Part shown: piece after piece, positions 1-10,318 of the stretch
How the letters are laid out: the number at the start of each line of letters is the position of its first letter
Numbering within the stretch: position 1 is the first letter of the stretch
DNA from: a candidate division WOR-3 bacterium
Lineage (GTDB): Bacteria > Hydrothermota > Hydrothermia > LBFQ01
Length of the DNA: 64,000 bases
NCBI GenBank assembly: GCA_039802605.1
Contig: JBDRWW010000005.1
Coordinates: 1 to 64,000 of the forward strand
Direction of reading: 5' to 3'
Program-made: the position numbers and the translations under genes
Notes under the pieces: model-generated
Seen by the model: only the letters and a program-made list of their open reading frames with translations
Databases searched by the model: none
What the model was told of the DNA's origin: nothing

Positions 1-999
1 CAAGATGTTATTTGTGGGAATCATTATCGGCTTTGCGGAGGATATAAACACTTGCCCGTCAAGGGCTTTTATAACCTCTTCCGTACCTTCCGGATCCAAA
101 TACACGAAAGGTTCGTCTAAAACCAAAACCGGTTTATCTCCAAGTTTTTCCTCCAAAACTTTCCTCAAAAATAAAACTATTGCCAAGTGTATCCTCCTCT
201 TTTGACCCTCGGATGCATATATCCTTACCGGTTTATCTTCAATTGTTATAAGAAATTCATCCCTTTGAGGCCCCACGAGTGGAAAACCCCTTTTCTTTTC
301 CTCCTCTTCAAAGTTCAATATTTTTTCTCCACTTTGTATATTTGGTCTGTATTTTATGGAACATCCCCTCGGTAGAAATCCATAGTTTAATCCGGAGTTC
401 AGCATATCTACAAACCTCCTTCTCGCGTTTATTATGTAGTCAATGTTAGGAATTAGTGCCTTATTGAACGGTTTTATTATCTGCCCGGATTTAATGGCCA
501 ATCTCTTCTCTTCAAGGAGTTTTCTAAACTCAATAAGGTGTTGGAAATAGTTTTCATCTAGTAGGGATAAAGCCCAATCAAAAAACCTCCTCCTCTCAGA
601 TGGAGGGCCGTCTATAAAGGCGTGTTCCTTTGAACTAAAAGATAGGACGACAAATGTTTTAAAAACCTCCTCGTATGTGCGCACCGTTCTACCGTCGCTC
701 TTATATACCTTTTTCTCTGTTCTCCCCTGCTTGTCAATTTTTACATATACGGTTATGTTCTTTGGGGTTTCAAACCTATAAATTTTTGCGTTTATGTAAA
801 AATAATCCTCACCCCACCTAACGAGGGCGAAATCCCTTACACCCCTAAAAGATCTCGGAACGGAAAGGTATGCTATCCCTTCAAGTAGCGATGTTTTACC
901 GGAGCCATTTGGTCCAAGTATTAAATTTATACCATCGGAAAATGAGAAGCCTCCCTTCAAGTTTTTAAAGTTGTGGAATTCTATCTCCTTTACTCTTAT
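1..999 (-). CDS. recF: DNA replication/repair protein RecF (3' end runs off window; apparent ATA start)
   Basis: Not in ORF track; manual translation gives IRVKEIEFHNFKNL...LGPNGSGKTSLLEGIAYLS..RSFRG and, in the same frame, YASEGQKR...PVLVLDEPFVYLD; AAGGAGG at 1013-1007, 7 nt before ATA at 999. Confidence 0.88.
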   Translation of the reverse strand, partial: MRVKEIEFHNFKNLKGGFSFSDGINLILGPNGSGKTSLLEGIAYLSVPRSFRGVRDFALVRWGEDYFYINAKIYRFETPKNITVYVKIDKQGRTEKKVYKSDGRTVRTYEEVFKTFVVLSFSSKEHAFIDGPPSERRRFFDWALSLLDENYFQHLIEFRKLLEEKRLAIKSGQIIKPFNKALIPNIDYIINARRRFVDMLNSGLNYGFLPRGCSIKYRPNIQSGEKILNFEEEEKKRGFPLVGPQRDEFLITIEDKPVRIYASEGQKRRIHLAIVLFLRKVLEEKLGDKPVLVLDEPFVYLDPEGTEEVIKALDGQVFISSAKPIMIPTNNIL

Positions 1000-1013
1000 G
1001 CAATACCCTCCTT

Positions 1014-2792
1014 TTATGCCGCCTCTCTACTATACCTTTCCGCTTGCGCCCTCAAATCCTGCAAGATTTGTGTTATTGATCTTTCAACATCCTCATCCTT
1101 TAACTCTTTAAGCCTTATTATGGCCTCAACTGCGGGCATTGACGCAATGTTTTTGGGGTCAAACCCCCTTTCCTTGGTATAATACATAAATATTTCAAAG
1201 GCTTCCCTTATGATTTTTGCTATTAGGAAGGTCTTCTTTGGTGAGGAAGAGGCATCTATCTCGTGGAAGGCGTTCTGTTGCAAGAAGGCCAACTTAATGA
1301 TCCTTGCGGTTTCAAGAAGTACCCTTTGCTCATCCTGTAAGGCATCCGGCCCCAAAAGTTGCACTATATCTTGCAACTCCCTATCCTTTTGCAATACATC
1401 GGTCATCCAAACCCTTATATCCGTCCATTCTTCGGAAACATTCTCCTCAAACCACTTTTTAATAAGGTCGTAATAAAGGGTGTAGGATATGTTCCAGTTT
1501 ATCGCGGGGTAATGCCTTGAACGGGCCAAGGAACTGTCCAAAGCCCAAAAGCCACCCACAACCCTCAAAGTGCTCTGAACCACGGGTTCCGAAAAGTCTC
1601 CACCCGGAGGGCTAACGGCCCCAACGGCGGTAACAGAACCCATTTGATTGGAAAGGGATATAACCCTTCCCGTTCTCTCGTAGAAGGCCGCAAGCCTTGA
1701 AGCCAAATAGGTCGGATAACCCTCTTCCCCGGGCATTTCCTCCAACCTTGAAGACATTTCCCTTAGGGCTTCCGCCCACCTGGAAGTAGAGTCGGCCAAA
1801 AGCAGGACATTATAACCCATATCCCTGTAATACTCCGCCAATGTTATCCCGGTATATATTGAAGCCTCCCTTGCCGCAACGGGCATGTTTGAGGTATTTA
1901 CCACAAGTATAGTCCTGTCCATTAATGGGCCTCCGGTCTTGGGATCGGTTAATTCGGGGAACTCAACCAAAACCTCTGTCATCTCGTTTCCCCTTTCACC
2001 ACAACCTATGTAAATAACCACATCGACCAGGGAGTGCTTTGCCAAACTCTGTTCCGTTACGGTTTTACCCGTCCCAAATCCACCGGGTAGGGCCGCGTTT
2101 CCTCCTAAGGCAATCGGGAAGAGGAAATCCAAAATTCTCTGTCCGGTTATCAATGGAACCGTTGGAAGCAATTTCTTTATATAAGGCCTTGCGACCCTAA
2201 CAGGCCATTTATGCGCCATACTGATGTTGTATGTTTTTCCGTCCTTATCCCTCAAAACAGCAATCGTATCCCAAACGGTATATTCTCCAACCTTTATCTC
2301 AACAACCTCAAACTCTTCGTTTAAGTTGGCTTTTAGGTTGGGTGGGACCATTATTTTGTGTTTTAGGTAAGGGGTTTCCTGAACTTCTCCTATTATTGAA
2401 CCCTGTTTAACCCTATCGCCGGTTTTGACCAAAGGTTGAAAGTTCCACTTTTTGTCCCTCGGCAAAGCCGGAATATCCACACCCCTTTCAACAAAATCCC
2501 CTTTTAATTCCCTTATTTGATCCAAAGGCCTTTGTATCCCGTCAAAGGCCTGACCCAACAAACCCGGACCCAGTTCAACCGCCAAAGATTCACCCGTTCT
2601 TTCAACGGGTTCCCCAACCATTAAACCCGATGTATCCTCATAAACCTGAATAAATACTTGGTCTTCCGCAATCCTTATAACCTCACCAACGAGTTTTTCC
2701 TCCCCCACCCTAACCACCTCGTTCATCCTAACCCCTTCAAGTCCCTTTGCTACAACCAATGCACCCGAAATACGATATATCTTTCCGGCCAT
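1014..2792 (-). CDS. atpA: A/V-type ATP synthase subunit A
   Basis: PGGFGTGKT Walker A, GCGERGNEM, NTSNMPVAAREAS, EEMPGEEGYP motifs. Confidence 0.96.
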   Translation of the reverse strand: MAGKIYRISGALVVAKGLEGVRMNEVVRVGEEKLVGEVIRIAEDQVFIQVYEDTSGLMVGEPVERTGESLAVELGPGLLGQAFDGIQRPLDQIRELKGDFVERGVDIPALPRDKKWNFQPLVKTGDRVKQGSIIGEVQETPYLKHKIMVPPNLKANLNEEFEVVEIKVGEYTVWDTIAVLRDKDGKTYNISMAHKWPVRVARPYIKKLLPTVPLITGQRILDFLFPIALGGNAALPGGFGTGKTVTEQSLAKHSLVDVVIYIGCGERGNEMTEVLVEFPELTDPKTGGPLMDRTILVVNTSNMPVAAREASIYTGITLAEYYRDMGYNVLLLADSTSRWAEALREMSSRLEEMPGEEGYPTYLASRLAAFYERTGRVISLSNQMGSVTAVGAVSPPGGDFSEPVVQSTLRVVGGFWALDSSLARSRHYPAINWNISYTLYYDLIKKWFEENVSEEWTDIRVWMTDVLQKDRELQDIVQLLGPDALQDEQRVLLETARIIKLAFLQQNAFHEIDASSSPKKTFLIAKIIREAFEIFMYYTKERGFDPKNIASMPAVEAIIRLKELKDEDVERSITQILQDLRAQAERYSREAA

Positions 2793-2806
2793 AAGTGGGT
2801 ATTATA
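2793..2806 (-). promoter_or_regulatory. -10 box directly upstream of atpA start (leaderless-type)
   Basis: Minus strand reads TATAAT-ACCCACTT-ATG. Confidence 0.7.
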
Positions 2807-2899
2807 CCCGGGAAAAGTTTTTAAGCTTTGTAAGCGTTATTGGTGTGGGATATTCGGCGGTAAATACCGCTTTATTCATCCAAGTTCGGCATTTTGCTC

Positions 2900-3676
2900 T
2901 TAACATTTGCCTTTCGGTATTTTCCTACAAACTCCCCCCCTTTCCTTTCTTTCCTTAAATGTCTTCCTGACAACATGTTTTGACAACTCACGCTCAACCC
3001 TAGGTATTTCGTTTTTGTAATTTTCCAACCTTCTTATGCTATATTCCACATATTCTCTTGATATGTCAATACCTATAAAATGATGCCCGAGAATTTTTGC
3101 CGCAACAAGTGTGGTACCGCTACCGCAATAAGGGTCAATTATAACACCACCTTTTTTATCATCCATCATTGAGTATATTATTCTTGCCGGCAATTCAATT
3201 GGAAATGGAGCGGGATGCGGGTTATCTTTCTCCGGTGGGAATCTCCAAATTGATGTTAAAAGTGCGTGTTTTGACTTTAATTCCTCACCAATAATGTTTT
3301 TTCGTTCATCAACCTGCCAGAACCTCCAACCTCTTATATTTGCCGCTATCATTCTATCCCATATGATTTCCTGTCTTATAATCCATTTCGTTTTTCTTAA
3401 CCAATTGATTTTATGATTGTAGAAGAATGAACCGCCGGGTTTGATAATCCTATAAAGTTCATTTAAAACTTCTATTTGGATTTTCTGATATTCCTCCTCG
3501 GGTAGGTTGTCGGTTGCACCTTCATAAATTACCCTATCAACAAGCCATCCCCTTTTATTCTCCCCTTTATTATAGGGTGGCGAGGTTATACCCAAATCTA
3601 CGCTATTATCCGGTATTTGTTTTAACACATCCAGAGCATCACCGCATATTACCTTATCAATGAAATTTTCAATCAT
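2900..3676 (-). CDS. Site-specific DNA methyltransferase (N4/N6, beta class), probably with internal deletions
   Basis: TSPPYN motif IV, HPAPFP, DPYCGSGTT motif I; ATG at 3676 preceded by AAGGAGG. Confidence 0.85.
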   Translation of the reverse strand: MIENFIDKVICGDALDVLKQIPDNSVDLGITSPPYNKGENKRGWLVDRVIYEGATDNLPEEEYQKIQIEVLNELYRIIKPGGSFFYNHKINWLRKTKWIIRQEIIWDRMIAANIRGWRFWQVDERKNIIGEELKSKHALLTSIWRFPPEKDNPHPAPFPIELPARIIYSMMDDKKGGVIIDPYCGSGTTLVAAKILGHHFIGIDISREYVEYSIRRLENYKNEIPRVERELSKHVVRKTFKERKERGGVCRKIPKGKC

Positions 3677-4188
3677 TGGGGGCAACCTCCTTTAAAAATT
3701 CATAAAATTCTTTAACTATGTTCTTTTCATACTTCACAAGTTCAAGTTTAGGAAGGCAGAAAACCACCTTTAACCCTTTACAATTAATATAATCCTTGTA
3801 GTTAAAACGCGCACTTCTTTAAGTTCTCTTTGCGATCCCTCTCCAATCGCTCAGGAGTATAATCTGTAAAATTTCCTCCACCGTCTAATTTTCTTTCCCC
3901 GTTTTTACTAACATTTTTGGGTTTTGCCTCGCACATTAATGGTTTTCCATAACTACTAAGTTTATACCCGTCATAACCAACCTTTTCCTTTTTATGCTCA
4001 TAACCGGCAATTGAAACAGTAATGAATTCTCTCAAAGTTGAGGAATTTTTGTCGTTGATATACAAAGTAATTAAATCAACTAAAATTGCTATCAAGTCCT
4101 TTTTGGATTTTTCCAAAAGATATTCCATCAACTCTTTTTCCGGTCTTGTGGCATATATCTTTATGACCTCTGCCAGTTCCCAATTCAC
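3669..4188 (-). pseudogene. Type II restriction endonuclease-like gene broken by a frameshift near 3819
   Basis: GYDG...CEAKPKN (PD-(D/E)xK-like) in 3802-4188; a second frame 3818-3669 (RSARFNYKDYINC...EVAPND*) continues to overlap the MTase start. Confidence 0.6.
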
Positions 4189-4250
4189 TTATTCGTGTAT
4201 TATAAAGATGCTCAATCCAAATCATCTTATGCCGAAGTAAAATACCCACT

Positions 4251-5015
4251 ATGAAAACGGTTAAGTTTGAAGTAAAAGATGGAATTGGCAGGATAGTTTT
4301 AAACAGGCCGGAGGTTGGCAATGCTTTTAATAAAGATATGCTTTTGGAGTTAAAGTACTTAGCCGAAAGTTTAAGGGATAAAAAGGATTTAAGGGTTGTG
4401 GTAATAGAGGGGGAGGGTAAGCACTTTTGTGCGGGTGGAGATTTGAACTGGATGAAGGAAATGGGAGAATCTAAATATTCCGAAAACTTTGAGGACGCTC
4501 AAACCCTATACGATACCTACCTTGCAATAGAGAATATACCGGTGCCGGTTATATCAAAGGTTAAGGGTGCCGTTAGGGGCGGTGGGATGGGAATTTTAAG
4601 CGTAAGCGATATTGTAATAGCCCAGAGGGGGGCAACCTTTTCCTTCTCCGAGGTTAAACTGGGTTTAGTACCTTCGGTTGTTTCGTCGTTTGCCCTGAGG
4701 AGGATAGGATTTTCAAAGGCGCGGAGGTTTTTCTTAACGGGTGAGGTTTTTGATGTTGAAAAGGCAAAAGAAATAGGTTTGGTTGATGAGATAGCAGGGG
4801 AAGGGGAATTAGACGAATTCTGCGATAGGTTTGTAAAAGCAATACTTTCGAATAAACCGGAAGCGGTTAGGAAGACAAAGGAACTTTTAAGAATTTATAG
4901 GCCTTTTTATTCGGAATGTTATAGGGAGATAACATCACATATACTTGCCACCACAAGGATGGGAGAGGAGGCATTAGAAGGAATAAGGGAGTTCTTGGAA
5001 AGGAAAACAAAATAA
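4251..5015 (+). CDS. Enoyl-CoA hydratase/isomerase (methylglutaconyl-CoA hydratase-like)
   Basis: LNRPEVGNAF, FCAGGDL, GGGMG, FSEVKLGLVP crotonase motifs. Confidence 0.88.
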   Translation: MKTVKFEVKDGIGRIVLNRPEVGNAFNKDMLLELKYLAESLRDKKDLRVVVIEGEGKHFCAGGDLNWMKEMGESKYSENFEDAQTLYDTYLAIENIPVPVISKVKGAVRGGGMGILSVSDIVIAQRGATFSFSEVKLGLVPSVVSSFALRRIGFSKARRFFLTGEVFDVEKAKEIGLVDEIAGEGELDEFCDRFVKAILSNKPEAVRKTKELLRIYRPFYSECYREITSHILATTRMGEEALEGIREFLERKTK

Positions 5016-5051
5016 ATTACGATAAATAAAACAGGGGTATAATTCCCGCTT

Positions 5052-6113
5052 ATGATTAAAAGGCCATTGCTATTAATCCCCTTTGCTTTGTTATATACCG
5101 GATGCGCTACCGTGGGTTCCCCGGCCGCGTCGAGCACAAAGATATACATACAACAAAACGACCTACAAAAGGCCGAGGAAAACGCCAATAAGTGGATATC
5201 CGACGAACCCAACTCACCAAAGCCCTACATTTGGAGAGGATTTATATACACGAGAAAAGGGGAATATATTAAGGCTTCCGAAGACTTTCTAAAAGCATTC
5301 CTCTTAGACCCAACATACAAGGATAAGAAAAGGTTTGAAAAAGAACTCTCAATAGCGGGGCAAAGCCTAATGCCCTATGAGGCGGTTGCGACCGTCCTAC
5401 AAAACGCGGCAATACAAAGCGTTCAAAACGAGAAATATGATGATGCCATAAAATACCTGGATGAGGCCAAACGCATAGACCCCAACAATGCAAACATTTA
5501 CCTTTTGCTCCACAGTATATATAACGCCAAAGGCGATGAAGAAAAGTCAAGGGAATACCTTGAAAAGGCGGTTAGTATAGACCCCAAAAATCCAAAGGCG
5601 AGGCTTCAATTGGCCGTATTGTATTCCTTTGAGGGCAAAAAGGATACAGCCGAAAAGATTTTGAGGGGAATATTAAAGGACACTGTAATGGTAGAGGCGT
5701 ATAAGGAATTGGGTATATTACTCTTTGAAAAGGGTGACCATAAAGGTGCGGCGGAAAACCTACAAAAGGCCTATGAATTAAAACCCAACGATTACGAAAT
5801 CCTTGCAAATTTGGGTCAGGCATATGCGGAATTAAAGGAATACGATAAAGCCTTTGAATACCTCAAAAAGGCTTATGAATTAAAGAGCGATGAATACAGG
5901 ATACCCTTCTCCATAGCGGGCGTTTTATACGATGCGAAAAGGTATAACGATGCCCTAAAATACATAAACGAGGCTATTAACTTAAATCCGGATGAGCCCA
6001 CACTTTACGAATTAAGGGGGGCTATATACAGGGCCTTGGGCAAGAAAAGGGAATCATTGAACGACTTTAAAAAGGCCGAGGAATTGAGGAAATCTAAGGG
6101 TAAAGGGAAGTAA
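5052..6113 (+). CDS. TPR-repeat lipoprotein
   Basis: Lipobox LYTGC; many TPR-like repeats (A...DP.N). Confidence 0.8.
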   Translation: MIKRPLLLIPFALLYTGCATVGSPAASSTKIYIQQNDLQKAEENANKWISDEPNSPKPYIWRGFIYTRKGEYIKASEDFLKAFLLDPTYKDKKRFEKELSIAGQSLMPYEAVATVLQNAAIQSVQNEKYDDAIKYLDEAKRIDPNNANIYLLLHSIYNAKGDEEKSREYLEKAVSIDPKNPKARLQLAVLYSFEGKKDTAEKILRGILKDTVMVEAYKELGILLFEKGDHKGAAENLQKAYELKPNDYEILANLGQAYAELKEYDKAFEYLKKAYELKSDEYRIPFSIAGVLYDAKRYNDALKYINEAINLNPDEPTLYELRGAIYRALGKKRESLNDFKKAEELRKSKGKGK

Positions 6114-6116
6114 AAT

Positions 6117-7046
6117 ATGAGGGGGAGATATTACATCTCGGTTTTAGACCTTGATAGGGATGCAACCCTTGAAGTGCTTGAAATAGCGCAACATTACAAG
6201 GTTGAAAGAAAGGCGGGTAGGAGAAAGCAGGACAATATACTATACGGGAAAATATGGGCTATACTCTTTGAAAAGCCCTCTTTGAGGACAAGGGTTACAT
6301 TTGAGGTAGCCATAAGGGAACTCGGTGGGGAAACATTTTACCTCTCCCCGAACGATGTGGGTCTTGGGAAAAGGGAACCCGTAAAGGATGTGGCGAGAAA
6401 CCTTGAAAGGTGGGTTGATGGGGTTTTTGCAAGGGTTTATGACCATAAGGTTTTTGAAGAATTTAGGAAATATGCCCCGAATTTATCGGTTATAAACGCC
6501 TTATCGGATTTAGAACACCCTTGCCAAGCCCTTGCGGACTTTCAAACCATGATTGAAGTAAGCGGAGACCTCGGTTTTCATTTGGTTTTCGTGGGGGATG
6601 GGAACAATGTGGCAAACTCCCTTATGTTGATGTCAGCCCTTCTTGGCTCGGATTTTACGATAGCATGCCCCGAGGGGTACGAACCCCCGGAGGGAATAGT
6701 TAATAAGGCTTTGGAAATATCAAAGAAAACGGGTTCCCAAATAAACATCCTAAGGGATCCCAAAGAAGCGGTTTCCAGGGCGGATTTCATATATACGGAT
6801 GTTTGGGCATCAATGGGGCAGGAGGCCGAAGCGGAGATAAGAAAAAAGGTTTTTCAACCTTACCAGGTTAATAGGGAACTTTTGGCATTTGCCCCCAATC
6901 ACGCAAAAATTATGCATTGCCTTCCCGCACATAGGGGAGAAGAAATAACGGACGATATTATTGAAAGCGATAGGTCTTTGGTATTCACACAGGCGGAAAA
7001 TAGGCTTCACACCATAAAAGCCCTTTTGAGTTTTCTATCACAATAA
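6117..7046 (+). CDS. argF: Ornithine carbamoyltransferase
   Basis: FEKPSLRT, HPCQALAD, DVWASMGQE, MHCLP. Confidence 0.95.
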   Translation: MRGRYYISVLDLDRDATLEVLEIAQHYKVERKAGRRKQDNILYGKIWAILFEKPSLRTRVTFEVAIRELGGETFYLSPNDVGLGKREPVKDVARNLERWVDGVFARVYDHKVFEEFRKYAPNLSVINALSDLEHPCQALADFQTMIEVSGDLGFHLVFVGDGNNVANSLMLMSALLGSDFTIACPEGYEPPEGIVNKALEISKKTGSQINILRDPKEAVSRADFIYTDVWASMGQEAEAEIRKKVFQPYQVNRELLAFAPNHAKIMHCLPAHRGEEITDDIIESDRSLVFTQAENRLHTIKALLSFLSQ

Positions 7047-7048
7047 TC

Positions 7049-8347
7049 ATGGAAGCCTTTAAGCAATTAAAAGAGCTTATAAAGAAAAAGTCCGCCAAGG
7101 TATGCGTTATAGGCGGAGGATATGTCGGACTTCCTATAGCCGTAGAGTTTGCCAAAAAGGGTTTCAAAACCGTGGTTTTTGACATAGATGCCAAGAAAAT
7201 AGAAATGATAAACCGAGGTGAAAGCTACATAGAGGATGTACCATCCGAGGAATTATCCCCATTGGTTAAGAGCGGAAAACTTGAAGGAATGAACGATAAA
7301 GGGGTTATTTCCACATCAAATGTGATTATTATTACCGTTCCAACCCCTTTGAACGAGAGGCACGAACCCGATTTATCCTATATAAACAGGGCATTCAATG
7401 ACATTGCGGATTATATGCAACCCCCCGTGTTAATAAGTTTGGAAAGTACAACATATCCCGGAAATACGGAAGAAATGGGAGATTTTCTAAGGGGCAGGGG
7501 TTATAAATACGGCGAAGACTTCTTTTTGGGTTTTTCGCCGGAAAGGATAAACCCGGGGGATAGGGTTTGGAAATTCCACAACACTCCAAAGATCGTTGGG
7601 GGATTGGATCCTTTATCAACGCAACTTTTGGTTGAATTGTATTCTACGGTGGTGGAAAAAGTTGTCCCAGTATCAAATAGTAGGACGGCGGAATTGACAA
7701 AACTTTTGGAGAATACATTTCGTGCCGTAAATATAGCCCTCGTAAACGAGTTTGCCATAATCTCCCATAAACTAAATGTTGATGTTTGGGAGGTAATAGA
7801 GGCTGCGGGCACAAAACCCTTTGGTTTTGTAAAGTTTTATCCAGGGCCGGGTGTTGGGGGGCATTGCATACCGATAGACCCGTTATATTTGTTGTGGAAG
7901 GTTAGGCAGTTGGGAATAAACGCCGAGTTTATAGAGTTGGCGGATAAGGTTAATAGGTATATGCCCCGTTTTGTGGTATCCCTTTTGGAAGAAGCCCTTT
8001 CGCAAGGGGGGAGGGTTTTGGCGGGTGAAAGGGTTTTAATAGTGGGTATAGCGTATAAGAAAAACATATCCGATACCCGTGAAAGCCCGGCAATAGAGAT
8101 TATCAAAATTTTGAGGGAAAAGGGTGCCGAAGTATCGTATCACGACCCATATGTACCCAGATTTGGCGAAATGAAATCAAAAGGTTTAAAGGAAGGCCTT
8201 GAATGGACGGATATCGTGGTCATCACAACGGATCACGATAACATAGACTACAACCTCATAGGGGAAAAGGCGGAAATCATCGTTGATACCCGTAATGTTA
8301 TGAGGAGAAAGGGCATAAATCCTATCGGAAGATTGGTTGTATTATGA
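7049..8347 (+). CDS. Nucleotide-sugar dehydrogenase (UDP-GlcNAc/ManNAc dehydrogenase family)
   Basis: GGGYVG, SPERINPG, KLLENTFR, GVGGHCIPID, DTRESP. Confidence 0.92.
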   Translation: MEAFKQLKELIKKKSAKVCVIGGGYVGLPIAVEFAKKGFKTVVFDIDAKKIEMINRGESYIEDVPSEELSPLVKSGKLEGMNDKGVISTSNVIIITVPTPLNERHEPDLSYINRAFNDIADYMQPPVLISLESTTYPGNTEEMGDFLRGRGYKYGEDFFLGFSPERINPGDRVWKFHNTPKIVGGLDPLSTQLLVELYSTVVEKVVPVSNSRTAELTKLLENTFRAVNIALVNEFAIISHKLNVDVWEVIEAAGTKPFGFVKFYPGPGVGGHCIPIDPLYLLWKVRQLGINAEFIELADKVNRYMPRFVVSLLEEALSQGGRVLAGERVLIVGIAYKKNISDTRESPAIEIIKILREKGAEVSYHDPYVPRFGEMKSKGLKEGLEWTDIVVITTDHDNIDYNLIGEKAEIIVDTRNVMRRKGINPIGRLVVL

Positions 8348-9261
8348 GAGGGAATTTGGAGGATATACTTGATAGGTTTGAAAGGGGTGAGGAGAGGGCC
8401 TTGGCCCGCGTTATAACATATGTAGAAAACCTTTGGGAAACCGAAAAGATATTTAAAAGGATTTATCATAAAGTTGGTAAGGCTTATAGGGTTGGCATAA
8501 CCGGGCCTCCGGGAGCGGGTAAGAGTACATTGGTTGATAGGTTAGCCGTTGAGTTTGCGGAAAGGGGTTTCAAGCCAGCCATTATAGCAGTTGATCCTTC
8601 ATCACCCTTTACCGGTGGGGCGGTTTTGGGTGATAGGTTGAGGATGGTGAGGGCTATGGAAAAGGGGATTTTCATAAGGAGTATGGCTTCAAGGGGGAGC
8701 TTCGGGGGACTTGCGGAAACGAGCGGAATGGTTGCGGATGTCCTTGATGCTTTCGGATATAATTTAATTTTGATAGAAACCGTGGGAGTTGGGCAGTCGG
8801 AAGTTGATGTTGTTAAGAATGCGGATACCGTTGTTGTGGTTCTGGTTCCGGAATCTGGGGATGCGGTTCAGGCCATGAAGGCCGGCCTTATGGAAGCGGC
8901 GGATGTCTTTGTTATTAATAAGGCGGATAGGGAGGGGGCGGATAAATTCGTAAGGGAGTTGGCGGCGGTTGTATCCTTATCACCCTATGAGTGGAAACCC
9001 CCTATTATTAAAACCGTAGCACTAAGGGGTGAAGGTATAAAGGATGTTGTAGATGCGATTTTAAAACACAGGGAATTCATTAAGGATAAACTTGGGGAAA
9101 AGCGTAAGAACAGGTTGGTTGAACAAATGGAAAACCTTTTGGCCAAAAGGTTTTTGGAAAGGGTTAGGGAGAAATATGATTTAAAGAAGTTTTTGAATAG
9201 CGATATAAACAAAACCCCATACGAAATCCTTGAAATGCTTGAAAAGGAATTTATAAGATGA
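8344..9261 (+). CDS. meaB: Methylmalonyl-CoA mutase-associated GTPase MeaB
   Basis: GPPGAGKST, DPSSPFTGGAVLGDR, ETVGVGQSE, NKAD. Confidence 0.92.
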   Translation: MRGNLEDILDRFERGEERALARVITYVENLWETEKIFKRIYHKVGKAYRVGITGPPGAGKSTLVDRLAVEFAERGFKPAIIAVDPSSPFTGGAVLGDRLRMVRAMEKGIFIRSMASRGSFGGLAETSGMVADVLDAFGYNLILIETVGVGQSEVDVVKNADTVVVVLVPESGDAVQAMKAGLMEAADVFVINKADREGADKFVRELAAVVSLSPYEWKPPIIKTVALRGEGIKDVVDAILKHREFIKDKLGEKRKNRLVEQMENLLAKRFLERVREKYDLKKFLNSDINKTPYEILEMLEKEFIR

Positions 9262-10295
9262 AGGATTATGCCCTACCCTATTATACATCGCTATGGTGGG
9301 CGAGGTTATTCCTTTTAGGTTCCTTTTTTTCTTTAATCTTTGCGGTATTTTCTTGGCAGTTTTTTGATATTTATAAACACCTGCTTTTAGGCTTTGTCTT
9401 ATTTTACATAATAGCCGTTCAACACGCCACAATTACATTCCCGAGAAACAAGGGGGGAATATTTAAAATTTCGTCGGATTTGAGTTTTGTTTTAATGTTT
9501 TTGGGATATGTCTTTTGGATATTGCCCTTATTCAAGTTGGGATTTTTACTATTCCTCCTCTTTCAATTGCTACCGCTTATATATTACCGCCTTAAAAACC
9601 CCAGAAAGGTTTATGACAGGGTTTCATATATCTTTATGGGCGTGGCATTAATAGGGGGGTTAATATCCCTTTTCGTATCAAGTTGGAAACCCTTTATTCA
9701 TGCAACATTTTTGGGGTTTGAACTAAACATGTTTTTGGGTTGTATGGCTTGGATGTTGCCGAGGTTTTCAAAAAACACGAAAGATATAAACCCGATTATT
9801 TACGCTTCAATAGTATTTTCCGCTATATCTTTGGCTTTGAACTTGTACGGCTTCATTACGGTAAGGTATGTTTTACTAAGGCTTGCCTCCATTTTTATGA
9901 TTTTATCCTTAATTATCTTTTGGGTTTTGTTTTTCAAAAAGTTTTTCACATGGCACTTGCACTTACCGTTCTTATACTTCGTAATAGGGTTTGTTTTTGC
10001 GTATATGATTAACCCCCATTGGCATCCAAGATTTGTTTTGTCCGCCATGACTTTATTCGCAATGGTTATGGGTAGCAAGTGGTATCCCCTTATATTTGTA
10101 AATGTACCGCAAAAACCAAACTGGGTTTTTAATATAGCATTTGTCCTATTGTTAATATCGCCCTTTTTTTACAACATTTATAGGGTGTTTGCGGTTGTTT
10201 TTATGATTTGGATAGCCATTGAAGGAATGAAAAGTAACTTTTTATTAAAGGAAACAAAACAAACCTTGTTGTACTACCTTCAACTACGCAAATGA
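9258..10295 (+). CDS. Polytopic membrane protein, NnrS-like histidine motif
   Basis: About 10-12 hydrophobic segments; HATFLGF...GCMAWMLPRF resembles the NnrS-like motif. Confidence 0.5.
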   Translation: MKDYALPYYTSLWWARLFLLGSFFSLIFAVFSWQFFDIYKHLLLGFVLFYIIAVQHATITFPRNKGGIFKISSDLSFVLMFLGYVFWILPLFKLGFLLFLLFQLLPLIYYRLKNPRKVYDRVSYIFMGVALIGGLISLFVSSWKPFIHATFLGFELNMFLGCMAWMLPRFSKNTKDINPIIYASIVFSAISLALNLYGFITVRYVLLRLASIFMILSLIIFWVLFFKKFFTWHLHLPFLYFVIGFVFAYMINPHWHPRFVLSAMTLFAMVMGSKWYPLIFVNVPQKPNWVFNIAFVLLLISPFFYNIYRVFAVVFMIWIAIEGMKSNFLLKETKQTLLYYLQLRK

Positions 10296-10318
10296 AACGG
10301 GGATAAAATTCCCAACTT

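Noticed and set aside
2857..2873. GCGGT-AAAT-ACCGC hairpin as a terminator
   Set aside because: 5-bp stem and no U-tract on the transcribed minus strand; too weak to call.
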